Made by a program: the position numbers and the translations under genes | NCBI GenBank assembly: GCA_947628255.1 | Contig: CANQZE010000002.1 | Span: 1 to 43,356, forward strand | Direction of reading: 5' to 3' | DNA: 43,356 nt | From: an uncultured Clostridia bacterium | GTDB taxonomy: Bacteria; Bacillota; Clostridia; Christensenellales; CAG-917 | Notes under the pieces: model-generated | The model's input: the letters and a program-made list of their open reading frames with translations, nothing else | The model's database searches: none | What the model was told of the DNA's origin: nothing | Part shown: in pieces, positions 8,149 to 17,125 of the stretch | Numbering within the stretch: position 1 is the first letter of the stretch | How the letters are laid out: every line of letters begins with the position of its first letter

Positions 8149-8817
8149 TCACCAGACAAAGTGGGCGTCGGAGGATTCGCCGTTGTCGATGAGGATGTCC
8201 TGCGCTGTCATCGACTTGTTGACGGCGGCAATAAAAAAGATCCAATCCGCGATTTCGTCCGCGGTAGCCCACTTTTTGAGAGGAGTCAGCGCCATTATCT
8301 GCGCCCACTTCTTTTTGTCCTCGACGACGGGCGCGTTCAAGTCGGTAAGCACGCCGCCCGGGGAGACGCTGTTGCAGGTCGCGCCGTACTTTGCCACCTC
8401 GAGCGCAACGTGTCGGGTGTAGGCAAGCACGCCGCCCTTTGACGCGGAATACTCGGCGAACTCCGCTCCCGTGTGAGCGCTTGCGGAAGCGACGTTGACG
8501 ATGGCACGGATGGCGGGCTGCAACGCGTATTTTTCGGTGACGTTGATAGTGCCGCGCAAGTTGACGTCGATGTCGTTTGCGTTTTGCACGCCCGCGTTGT
8601 TGACGAGGATGTTCACGCCCTCTATCTCGGGCAATGAGGCGGGTTTTGAAATATCCGCGACAAAGTGCGCGTATCTCTCGCCTTCTATCGCCGCGCTCTT
8701 GACGTCTAATCCGCACACAAAATAGCCTTCCGCCAAAAACTTTTTCGCCGTTGCAAGACCTATGCCCGACGATGTCCCTGTTATCAAAACAAGTTGTTTA
8801 ACTTCTTTTTTTGTCAT
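8149..8817 (-). CDS. SDR family NAD(P)-dependent oxidoreductase
   Basis: Rossmann motif ITGTSSGIG, NNAG, and the catalytic YSASK. The start is trimmed to MTKKEVKQ (ATG at 8817), with AAGGGG upstream. The longer track start would overlap the yhhQ stop. Confidence 0.85.
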   Translation of the reverse strand: MTKKEVKQLVLITGTSSGIGLATAKKFLAEGYFVCGLDVKSAAIEGERYAHFVADISKPASLPEIEGVNILVNNAGVQNANDIDVNLRGTINVTEKYALQPAIRAIVNVASASAHTGAEFAEYSASKGGVLAYTRHVALEVAKYGATCNSVSPGGVLTDLNAPVVEDKKKWAQIMALTPLKKWATADEIADWIFFIAAVNKSMTAQDILIDNGESSDAHFVW

Positions 8818-8831
8818 AATAAACCCCTTGA

Positions 8832-9734
8832 TCACGCATTTTGCGCGGTTTCCGCTCCGTTGTCGCAAGCGGCGATATTGTCTTCCGTTTCCTCTGCGCT
8901 TTGTCCCTCGGCGGACTCTATCGCGCTCTTATCGGAAGGCTCGCCCGTCTCTAGCGCTATGTCCGATCCCGCGTCCGAAGCGGTCTGCTCGTTTTGCGCA
9001 AGTATCTTGATGTATCCCTCGCCGACGTTGTCGCGCTCCCACTTGCGAGAGATGCGATAGCCTATCGGAGAGAAGATCATCTCACACAGAAGCTCCACGA
9101 CCATTCCCGTGAGCGAACACGTGACGCATTGCAGCATACTCCATCCGAAGAAATTGTGACTGACGATGAGCGCGAACAAAAAGTTGTCAACAAATTGCCC
9201 TATCAGCGTGGAGATGTAGCTGCGCGCGGCGAACACTCCGAAGTTGTTGCGCTTGAACAGCTTGCCGACGCCCCAATTGGTGATGTTGTTGACGACCGAC
9301 GACGCAAGAAACGCGATAGTACTGCCCAAAACGACATACCACGTGCCTGCAAATGTGTTGTCCAATGCGTTGTTGATCAGCTCGCCGCCTTCGGGGACAA
9401 AGGATTCGCCCCACTCGCCGGGGATCTTCGCCGCCACAAACAGCACAAGCGCCAACAGCAGATTGATGAACGCCGCCACAAACGACAGCTTGATCGACGC
9501 TTTGGGTCCGAATCGCTTGACGGTCACGTCCATCGTGAGGAAGCTGAGCCAGCTGAGCAACATACCCGCGTCCAGCGCAAGCCAACTCACGCCCGTGTCT
9601 ATGCTCTTGTTGGCAAGCAGGTTCATTCCTATGACGGAGATGACAAACAGCGCCATTGTCATTGCGGGGATGCCTCTGAGCAAAGCCTTTGTCTCTCTTG
9701 CCTCTTTCAACAGCCACGTTTTAATTTTTTCCAT
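8832..9734 (-). CDS. yhhQ: Queuosine-precursor transporter, YhhQ/VUT (DUF165) family, with an acidic ~55-aa C-terminal tail
   Basis: 300 aa, polytopic. Characteristic stretches include GTWYVVLGSTIAFLASSVVNN, ARSYISTLIGQFVDNFLF and SLTGMVVELLCEMIFSPIGY. A preQ1-like element sits immediately upstream. Confidence 0.75.
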   Translation of the reverse strand: MEKIKTWLLKEARETKALLRGIPAMTMALFVISVIGMNLLANKSIDTGVSWLALDAGMLLSWLSFLTMDVTVKRFGPKASIKLSFVAAFINLLLALVLFVAAKIPGEWGESFVPEGGELINNALDNTFAGTWYVVLGSTIAFLASSVVNNITNWGVGKLFKRNNFGVFAARSYISTLIGQFVDNFLFALIVSHNFFGWSMLQCVTCSLTGMVVELLCEMIFSPIGYRISRKWERDNVGEGYIKILAQNEQTASDAGSDIALETGEPSDKSAIESAEGQSAEETEDNIAACDNGAETAQNA

Positions 9735-9742
9735 GAAAAAAA

Positions 9743-9781
9743 CTCCTTTTTATTATTTTAATAGCGGGTGAGGACACCGCT
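9743..9781 (-). promoter_or_regulatory. Candidate preQ1-I-like translational riboswitch in the yhhQ leader
   Basis: Minus-strand RNA: AGCGG-UGUCCUCAC-CCGCU-AUUAAAAUAAUAAAA-AGGAG, then 8 nt, then AUG. It has a 5-7 bp P1 stem, a loop that starts with U and ends with C, and an A-rich tail. Loop UCCU can pair with the SD AGGA (H-type pseudoknot). This is the architecture of class I preQ1 aptamers. Confidence 0.5.
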
Positions 9782-10194
9782 ATGCAAATCGGAGTCGCGC
9801 TTTACCAAATTGCTGACGCAATTCGCCCCTAAGCGCACATCGATTTGCTCCGTTCTCCGCGCGTAAAAAACTTAACGCTTCACATACTTAGTATGCAGGA
9901 ATGCGCAGGATGACGCTCCAAGATACTCGTATGGCTTGCTATTTTTTGCGCTTGTTGCGTCGGCTTTGCCGACGTTTTTCAATCTTTGGTTTTCTTTCCC
10001 GTGTGTTTGTTGCACAGATATTTTTCTTTTTGATTTGTAAACCGCTTCCGACAATTCACAAATCATTTCGCTTTCGTTGTTCACGCGAGTCATTTTGAAA
10101 ATCCATCATATCTCGCGATTGCTTTCCAAACACGAGGACAACACAAAGTTTTCGCTTTTACTCTCGAATTTTCGGCGAAAGTCGCGCTTTTTTC

Positions 10195-11217
10195 TTATTG
10201 TATACCAACGGTTGCCTTCGCGTCAAGCGAAAGAGGGCTTTCGTCCGCGCCGCTTTTGATGAGGAAGTATGCCGCGGCGCCGATCATTGCCGCGTTGTCC
10301 GTGCAGTAGCGCAACTGAGGATAAAAAACTTCGCATCCGCACTTTTTCATATCGTCAAAGCGAGAGCGCAACAGAGAATTCGCGCTGACTCCTCCCGCAA
10401 CGGCGAGCTTCTTGACGCCCGTACGCTTTGATAGCAACTGCGTCATATCGACAAGTTGATCCACCGCCGCCTGCTGAAAACTTGCGGCGATATCCGCTTT
10501 TGGAATGACCTCGCCCTTTTGTTCGAGCTTATGCACTAGGTTGATGACGAAAGTTTTGACGCCGCTGTAGCTGAAATACGGTTCGCCCGTGTTTTTCACC
10601 TTGGGGATGTCGAAAACAGGCTTGCCTTCGCGCGCGAGTTTTTCGATCTCGGGACCGCCGGGATAGGGTAGACCAAGCACGCGCGCCACCTTGTCAAACG
10701 CTTCGCCCGCGGCGTCGTCCCTGCTTTCGGCAAGCAAAGTCAGCCGCTCGTAATCCTCAACTTTGACCACCGCGGTATGTCCGCCGCTCGCGAGCAGGCA
10801 CAGATATGGCGGCTCGAGCGCGCTGTCGATATAATTTGCCGCGATATGTCCCTTGATATGAGATATGCCGAAAAGCGGCTTGCCCCACGCGTACGCCAAT
10901 CCCTTCGCGAAGTTGACGCCCACAAGCAACGCCCCCAACAAGCCCGCGCCGTAGGTGACGGCGATCGCGTCGACGTCGTCCTTTGAGACCGCCGCCCTGC
11001 TCATCGCTTCCTTGACGACGCTCTCGATGGCGAGAGTGTGATTGCGGCTTGCGATCTCGGGGACGACTCCGCCAAACCGACGGTGGATCTCGATCTGCGT
11101 CGCGATCACACTGCTCAAAACCTGCCTGCCGTCTTTCACGATCGCGCAAGCCGTCTCGTCGCAACTGGACTCTATCGCAAGCACAGTTATATTCTGTTTT
11201 TCAAACAGGTCGTTCAT
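10195..11217 (-). CDS. tsaD: tRNA N6-adenosine threonylcarbamoyltransferase TsaD (Kae1/Gcp)
   Basis: 340 aa: ILAIESSCDETACAIV, SRNHTLAI, GISHIKGHIAA, ASGGHT and GGVSANSLLR. Confidence 0.95.
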   Translation of the reverse strand: MNDLFEKQNITVLAIESSCDETACAIVKDGRQVLSSVIATQIEIHRRFGGVVPEIASRNHTLAIESVVKEAMSRAAVSKDDVDAIAVTYGAGLLGALLVGVNFAKGLAYAWGKPLFGISHIKGHIAANYIDSALEPPYLCLLASGGHTAVVKVEDYERLTLLAESRDDAAGEAFDKVARVLGLPYPGGPEIEKLAREGKPVFDIPKVKNTGEPYFSYSGVKTFVINLVHKLEQKGEVIPKADIAASFQQAAVDQLVDMTQLLSKRTGVKKLAVAGGVSANSLLRSRFDDMKKCGCEVFYPQLRYCTDNAAMIGAAAYFLIKSGADESPLSLDAKATVGIQ

Positions 11218-11304
11218 TTCATATCCCGCGTTTTATACGCGTATTTCGTGCGCATAAACTTATTCTTTTTGCAAAATCAAGCGAACGCGCTCCATTTGAC
11301 AATC

Positions 11305-12414
11305 TCACTTCTGGATGGAAGAAAGTTTGAGATATTCGTTGATAAATCCGTCCAGATCGCCGTCCATAACCGCCTGCACGTTGCCCGTTTCATAGTTGGT
11401 GCGGTGGTCCTTGACCATTGTGTAGGGACAGAAAACATAGCTTCTTATCTGGCTTCCCCACTCGATCTTTTTGAGCTGTCCGCTGATTGCCGCGGCCTCT
11501 TCTTCGCGTTCGCGCTCCTTCTTCTCGATGAGCTTTGAACGGAGCATTTGCAGCGCGACTTCCTTGTTTTGGATCTGGCTACGCTCGTTTTGGCAGGCGA
11601 CGATTATGCCCGTCGGAATGTGCGTAATGCGGATTGCGCTCTCCGTCTTGTTGACGTGCTGTCCGCCCGCGCCGCCGCTTCTGTACGTGTCGATCTTGAG
11701 ATCCTCGGGGCGTATCTCGATCTCGGAAGTGTCGATGATCTCGGGCATAACTTCGAGGGACGCAAACGAGGTGTGCCTCCTCGCGTTCGCGTCAAACGGG
11801 GAGATGCGCACAAGCCTATGCACGCCTTTTTCCGCCTTGAGATAGCCATAGGCGTTGTCGCCTTCGACTCTGAATGTGACGCTCTTGATCCCCGCCTCGT
11901 CGCCAGCGAGATAGTCAAGCTCCGTGTAGGACCACCCCGTCCTCTCCACATAGCGCGTGTACATACGATAGAGCATAGAGGTCCAGTCCTGCGCCTCGGT
12001 GCCGCCCGCGCCCGCGTGCAGAGTGAGGATGGCGTTGAGCGAATCGTATTTGCCGCTCAGCAAAGTGGCGAGGGACAAACTCTCCACGTGTTCGGCAAGC
12101 TCGTCCACCATCGAGGTCAGATTGGCGTCCTCCTCTTCGCTCGCCTCAAGCTCGACGATGTCGACAAGCTCGATGGCGTCGTCAATACGCGCGATCATCT
12201 TCTCGAATTTTTCGAGTTTGCTTGTGATCTGGCTTATTTCCTTGGAGACTTTGCGCGCGTTGTCCGCGTCCTCCCAAAAGCCTTCCGCGTTTTGCTGTTC
12301 GCCTAGGAGCGCGGCGCGCTCTTTGAGCTTTTGCGGATTGATGCTCTCATATGCGCGCGTCATCTCCGCTTTCATATCTTTCAGTTTGGATTTGATCTCG
12401 TTATAGTCCAGCAT
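11305..12414 (-). CDS. prfB: Peptide chain release factor 2, encoded in one continuous frame
   Basis: 369 aa with the SPF tripeptide (RISPFDANARRHTSF) and GGQ (SGGAGGQHVNKTESA). The N-terminal ~25 residues are in frame. GGGAGA SD. Lies 30 nt downstream of secA. Confidence 0.95.
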   Translation of the reverse strand: MLDYNEIKSKLKDMKAEMTRAYESINPQKLKERAALLGEQQNAEGFWEDADNARKVSKEISQITSKLEKFEKMIARIDDAIELVDIVELEASEEEDANLTSMVDELAEHVESLSLATLLSGKYDSLNAILTLHAGAGGTEAQDWTSMLYRMYTRYVERTGWSYTELDYLAGDEAGIKSVTFRVEGDNAYGYLKAEKGVHRLVRISPFDANARRHTSFASLEVMPEIIDTSEIEIRPEDLKIDTYRSGGAGGQHVNKTESAIRITHIPTGIIVACQNERSQIQNKEVALQMLRSKLIEKKEREREEEAAAISGQLKKIEWGSQIRSYVFCPYTMVKDHRTNYETGNVQAVMDGDLDGFINEYLKLSSIQK

Positions 12415-12444
12415 AAATTCTCCCGTCCGAAAAACTTTTTATCA

Positions 12445-15400
12445 TTATGCGTTTTTGCCGCAACAATTTTTATATTTTTTGCCCGATCCGCAGGGACACG
12501 GGTCGTTTCTGCCTATCCCGCGCGAGCGACGCACTTGCTCCGTGCCGTTGGCCTGCTTCCCGCTGCCGACTCTGAGATAGAAATCTATCCCGTTGCAGAG
12601 GTTGACGATCACCGTCTCGCTCCAGAATTTGTAGAACGTCTCGAAATAGGTCTCGCACTTGTCCAAAAACTCGTCCACGTTCTTCTCGTCCAACTTGAGG
12701 GCGCGGCTTTGGCGAATGATGAAAACGTTGTATCTGCTCCAGCAATTCAGCAACAGCGTCTGCAACGCCTTGAACGCCATCTCCGCGAAATCCTGTCCCG
12801 CCTTTCTCTCCAATTTGATGAGTTCCGCGCGCAATTGCTCCGTCGCTTTGTCGACGAGCATACCGACGATGGCGTCTTTTGCGAGCAGTTTTTCGGGAGC
12901 GGGCGCGTCCTTTTTCATCTCTTCGAGCATTTTTGTCTGCAACATATCGTTGCCTACGCCGACAAACAGACGGCGATCGCAATCGCTGTCTATCTTTTTG
13001 AGGTTGAATTTGTCCCCGCTCTCCGTCTTTTCCGTCGCGCCGTCCACGATGTCGACGGCGACGTCTTTGACGATGGACGCAAGCAGATCGTCGAGATTTT
13101 CAAATTTCAGCTCGCTCTCCTCGTCGGGAGTCCAATCCTTATCGCCGAGCATAGAGGCAAGATCCTTTTCGAGCCTGCGCATCCTTGTCTCCGCGTTTTT
13201 GCGGCTGTTATCGATATATTTTGTGGGGATCATACTCTTGAGCAATCTCTCGGCGGTACTCATATAGATGTTGTCGATCAGCTCGTCGAACATCTCCATC
13301 GATTCCTTTTTGTAGACCGCGTGAGGGTCGTGCTGACCGTATGCTCTGAGTCCGACGCCTTCTTTGAGCGCGTTGATCTTGTCGAGAAATTCCGGCCAAC
13401 GCTCGTCGATGATCTTGAGCAAGACGTGCCTCTCCTCGTCGCCGTAATCGAAATTGCGCTGTGCATAGTAGGCGACTTTTTCGGCATATTCCTCATTCGC
13501 TTTCTCGATGACCGCCGAGACGATGTCGTCGTAATCTCCGGACTCGCAAAGCTCCTTGGTGATCACGCTGCCCTGTCTGAACACGGGTTCGGGAAGATCG
13601 TCCTCATCCTCGATATCCTCTCCGTCAAGAAGTTCTTTTGCCATAGCGCGCGCGTTTTCGGCGTCATAGGCAAATTCCGATTCCGCGCCGCCCTTGAGCA
13701 TACGCCTTGTCAGCTCCTTGACAAGCCCCTCGATATCCCACTTGGCGTACGGCTGAGAAAAATCGATGTGGCGATCGACGATGTCCTCCGCAAGCACGCG
13801 GATCATCTTTTCGATGTGACTGTGGACGTCCTGCTCTCCCTTGAGGACGAGGTTGCGCTCGTCATAGATCGTGCGGCGCTGGACTTCAAGCACTTCGTCG
13901 TAGAACAACAACTCGCGCCTTTGCACAAACTGTCTGCCCTCTATCTTGCGCTGAGTGTTGATGATCAGATTCCTGACGATGCCGTAATTGAGCGCGATAT
14001 CCTTCCCGCCGTCGGGCAAAGTCATTTTCAGCCTGTTGAGTATGGAGATCAGCCTCTCCCTGTTGTTGAAGGCGAGCAACTCGTCGTCAAGCGCGATATA
14101 AAACACGCTCTCGCCGACGTCGCCCTGACGTCCCGCACGACCGCGCAACTGGTTGTCTATGCGGCGGCTGGAATTTCGCGCGGTGCCAATCACGCACAGA
14201 CCGCCCACGCCGATGACCTTCTTTTTCCTCTCCTCGCTCTCTATCTTGAACTTTTCAAGCTCCTCGAGATAGAGGGGGCGATATTCCTCTATGAGCTGTT
14301 CCGCGTCAATGCCGTATGCGTTGCGGAAATAGTTGATGGCGCTCACCTGCTCGCGGGAATACTTGACGCGCACATTGTCCGCAGCTCCGTTGAGGACTAT
14401 GGACGCAAGCACGTCGTAGCGCTGTTGCAACTCGCGCCTGCTCTCGTCGCGCGCCTCGTTTTGCTTGTCCTTTTCGGCGATGACGATCTTTTTGTGCTTT
14501 CTCTCCTCGCGGAGTCTCTTTTCATAGTTGTCGAATCCGCCGAAAAGCTGAGCGTTGTATCTCTTTTTCAACGCATCCGCGACTTCCATTCTCGCCAAAA
14601 TTTCGGGATTGCCGCCAAGCAGGATGTCCGTGCCTCTGCCCGCCATATTGGTGGAGATCGTGACGGCGCCGTACGCGCCCGCCTGCGCGATGATATTGGC
14701 CTCTTCCCTGTTGTTCTTGGCGTTGAGGACTTTATGCTCTATCTTTTGCTCGGCGAGCAACTTGCTTATCGTTTCGGATTCCTCGACGCTTGTGGTGCCC
14801 AGCAATATGGGCTGTCCCTTGGAGTGCCTCGCCATAATGTCGTTGACAAGCGCCCTGTATTTGGAGCTTTGATCGATGTAGATGTTGTCGGGCAGATCTT
14901 TGCGCACGCAGGGTTTGTTTTGCGGGATCTGCACGACGTCGAGCTTGTAGATATCCTTGAATTCCGCCTCTTCCGTCTTTGCCGTACCCGTCATACCCGA
15001 GATGCGCCTGTATTGCCTGAACAAATTCTGATAGGTGATCGTCGCGACGATCTGGTTGTCGCCGCGCACTCTTACGCGCATATCGAGCAGGGCTTCCTTC
15101 GCCTCTATCGCTTGATGCAATCCGTCGCTGAAACGGCGCCCCGGAGTCGCGCGACCCGTGTGTTGATCTATGATCACGACCTGCTTGTCCGGCGAGAGGA
15201 GATAATGCCTGTCTCGGATGAAGAGGAATCTCGCCCTCAGCGCGACGACGATCCTGTTGTAAAGCTGAGCCTTCTCTTGATCGCCCTCGTTGTCGAAAAG
15301 ATCCTCCACTCCGAAAAATTGCTCCGCCTTTCTGATGCCCGATTCCGTGAGGATGACCGCCTGTTTTTCATAGTCTATCTCGCAATCGCCTTCCGCCTTG

Positions 15401-16209
15401 ACTTGCTCGTCGCCGTCCTCGGTTTCCTCCGCCTCGTCGTCCTCCTCTTCCGCGCCGCTGAGAGCGCGATCCTCTTCGGAGAGAACGGGTTTCAATTCGT
15501 TCACGAATCTCGCGACTTTGATATAGTCCTCTTGGTTGACCTGCGGCACGGACGAGATGATGAGCGGAGTGCGCGCTTCGTCGATGAGGATGGAGTCCAC
15601 CTCGTCGATGATCGCATAGTTCAGCCCGCGTTGCATCACGTCCTCGACGCGCTCCGCCATATTGTCCCTCAAGAAGTCAAAGCCAAGTTCGCTGTTGGTG
15701 CAATAGGTGATGTCCGCATTGTAGGATTCTCTCTTTTGATCCGCGGTCATCTCGGGAACGATGACTCCGACCGTCAGCCCGAGGAAACGATACAGTCTGC
15801 CCATCCACTCCGCGTCGCGCTGAGCGAGATACTCGTTGACGGTGACCACATGCACGCCGTTTGACGTCAATGCGTTGAGATATGCGGGCATTGTCGCGAC
15901 AAGGGTCTTGCCTTCGCCCGTCGCCATCTCGGCGATCCTGCCTTGATGAAGCGCGATCGCGCCCATTATCTGCACGGGGAACGGCCTCATATGAAGCACC
16001 CTTGCGCTCGCCTCCCTCACGGTCGCGTACGCCTCGACAAGCAGATCGTCAAGCGTCTCGCCCGCGTTGAGCCTCTCGCGAAATTGCCGCGTCATATCGG
16101 CAAGCTCTTCGGAACTCTTGGCTTTATATTCCTCCTCGAGAGCCTCGATCTTGCTCGCCAATTTTTTGAGTTTTTTGACTTTTCTGTCATTTTCGTTAAA
16201 AATAGACAT
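12445..16209 (-). CDS. secA: Preprotein translocase ATPase SecA, unusually long (1254 aa)
   Basis: Walker A MATGEGKTLVAT, DEAD-like IIDEVDSILIDEARTPLIIS, TNMAGRGTDI and RRIDNQLRGRAGRQGD, plus a C-terminal zinc-binding CPCGSGKKYKNCCG. Extra segments sit in the pre-protein-binding region, in NBD2 and before the Zn finger. Confidence 0.95.
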   Translation of the reverse strand: MSIFNENDRKVKKLKKLASKIEALEEEYKAKSSEELADMTRQFRERLNAGETLDDLLVEAYATVREASARVLHMRPFPVQIMGAIALHQGRIAEMATGEGKTLVATMPAYLNALTSNGVHVVTVNEYLAQRDAEWMGRLYRFLGLTVGVIVPEMTADQKRESYNADITYCTNSELGFDFLRDNMAERVEDVMQRGLNYAIIDEVDSILIDEARTPLIISSVPQVNQEDYIKVARFVNELKPVLSEEDRALSGAEEEDDEAEETEDGDEQVKAEGDCEIDYEKQAVILTESGIRKAEQFFGVEDLFDNEGDQEKAQLYNRIVVALRARFLFIRDRHYLLSPDKQVVIIDQHTGRATPGRRFSDGLHQAIEAKEALLDMRVRVRGDNQIVATITYQNLFRQYRRISGMTGTAKTEEAEFKDIYKLDVVQIPQNKPCVRKDLPDNIYIDQSSKYRALVNDIMARHSKGQPILLGTTSVEESETISKLLAEQKIEHKVLNAKNNREEANIIAQAGAYGAVTISTNMAGRGTDILLGGNPEILARMEVADALKKRYNAQLFGGFDNYEKRLREERKHKKIVIAEKDKQNEARDESRRELQQRYDVLASIVLNGAADNVRVKYSREQVSAINYFRNAYGIDAEQLIEEYRPLYLEELEKFKIESEERKKKVIGVGGLCVIGTARNSSRRIDNQLRGRAGRQGDVGESVFYIALDDELLAFNNRERLISILNRLKMTLPDGGKDIALNYGIVRNLIINTQRKIEGRQFVQRRELLFYDEVLEVQRRTIYDERNLVLKGEQDVHSHIEKMIRVLAEDIVDRHIDFSQPYAKWDIEGLVKELTRRMLKGGAESEFAYDAENARAMAKELLDGEDIEDEDDLPEPVFRQGSVITKELCESGDYDDIVSAVIEKANEEYAEKVAYYAQRNFDYGDEERHVLLKIIDERWPEFLDKINALKEGVGLRAYGQHDPHAVYKKESMEMFDELIDNIYMSTAERLLKSMIPTKYIDNSRKNAETRMRRLEKDLASMLGDKDWTPDEESELKFENLDDLLASIVKDVAVDIVDGATEKTESGDKFNLKKIDSDCDRRLFVGVGNDMLQTKMLEEMKKDAPAPEKLLAKDAIVGMLVDKATEQLRAELIKLERKAGQDFAEMAFKALQTLLLNCWSRYNVFIIRQSRALKLDEKNVDEFLDKCETYFETFYKFWSETVIVNLCNGIDFYLRVGSGKQANGTEQVRRSRGIGRNDPCPCGSGKKYKNCCGKNA

Positions 16210-16327
16210 TGTATCCTCACTCCGCGCGTGTGCGCGTATTTATTTTTGTTTTGCCGCTCTTGCGCGCGACCGTTGTAGCCCTCGCGCGGACCGCATAAAT
16301 CATACGTCTTTATGCCGCGCCCTTCAA

Positions 16328-17125
16328 TCAGTCGTTTTGCTCAAACTGTATTTTTTGCTTTGTTATCGCCGCAGTCAACACGCTCACCTCGCGAGCGCCC
16401 GCCTTGAGCAACGTCTTTGCGCACTCGTTTGAGGTCGCGCCCGTCGTGAATATGTCGTCGACAAGCAAAATGCTTCGCCTTTTGACCTCTTTGAATACGT
16501 TTCCGAACGCGCCTTCGAGATTCGCCGCCCTGTCTCTCGCGTTCAGCGCTTTTTGCTCGGATGTATTCTTGTTTTTGACAAGGGCGGGCAACATCGGCAG
16601 ATTCAGCCTGCCAGCGACGTCACACGCGAGCAATTCGGATTGATTGAACCCGCGCTTTGTCTCTTCCTCTCTCGTCATAGGCACAAAGCATACGATCTCG
16701 GCAAACATTTCCCTCTTGAGAAAAGTATCCGCCATAAAGGCGCCGAGCGTCTCGGCGATATACTTTTTGCCGCCAAATTTAAGATCGTGGATCATCTTTA
16801 CGACAAGCCCGTCGTATTCGAAGGGCGACCTGCACAACTTGAACGCGAACTCCGCATTCTGACAGCGCAGACAGTATTCCTCCTCCGCGACGAGGGGCGA
16901 GCCGCAACTGAGGCAGAAATCGTCGCCCACAAACGGCAGCGCGTCGAGGCACTTCGCGCAGACGCGGAATCTGCTCGGTTCGTTCAATTCCGCAAGGCAG
17001 ACGTCGCAAGTGATCTCCTCGGGATAGAGCGCGGCGCTCAACGCGTCGGCGGCGCTTTTGAACATCCTCTTGATCTTCTCGCCCCTTGCCGCGCGAGCGG
17101 GAGCCTTTGCGGGATCAGTCGTCAT
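16328..17125 (-). CDS. comFC: ComF family protein (ComFC-type phosphoribosyltransferase with N-terminal double zinc-finger)
   Basis: CDVCLAEL...CAKC...CLSCGSPL...CLRCQ, followed by the PRTase motif ILLVDDIFTTGATSNE. The start is uncertain: ATGs at 17146, 17125 (GGGGGAGG upstream) and 17065. The stop at 16328 is firm. Confidence 0.8.
   Translation of the reverse strand: MTTDPAKAPARAARGEKIKRMFKSAADALSAALYPEEITCDVCLAELNEPSRFRVCAKCLDALPFVGDDFCLSCGSPLVAEEEYCLRCQNAEFAFKLCRSPFEYDGLVVKMIHDLKFGGKKYIAETLGAFMADTFLKREMFAEIVCFVPMTREEETKRGFNQSELLACDVAGRLNLPMLPALVKNKNTSEQKALNARDRAANLEGAFGNVFKEVKRRSILLVDDIFTTGATSNECAKTLLKAGAREVSVLTAAITKQKIQFEQND

Noticed and set aside
11305-12414. Looked for the programmed +1 frameshift site (CUU UGA C, around codon 25) typical of prfB.
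   Set aside because: The whole RF2, including the N-terminal ~25 residues, is encoded in one uninterrupted frame from the ATG at 12414. No in-frame UGA is present. Frameshift-less prfB is known in a minority of bacteria, so this is noted but not remarkable.
12331-15864. A 1177-aa plus-strand ORF antisense to secA. Similar giant antisense ORFs occur at 22689-25679 (996 aa, opposite rpoC/rpoB), 37855-40086 (743 aa), 20568-22013, 17058-18440, 28638-29948, 25884-27083 and 27087-28394.
   Set aside because: For the four I checked by coordinate arithmetic (12331, 22689, 37855 and 28638), each is in exact codon phase with the real gene on the other strand; start coordinates are congruent modulo 3. 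They stay open only because TTA, CTA and TCA, the complements of the stop codons, are rare in this genome's codon usage. Their translations are low-complexity (L/V/D/R/A-rich) with no motifs, while the opposite-strand genes carry unmistakable conserved motifs.
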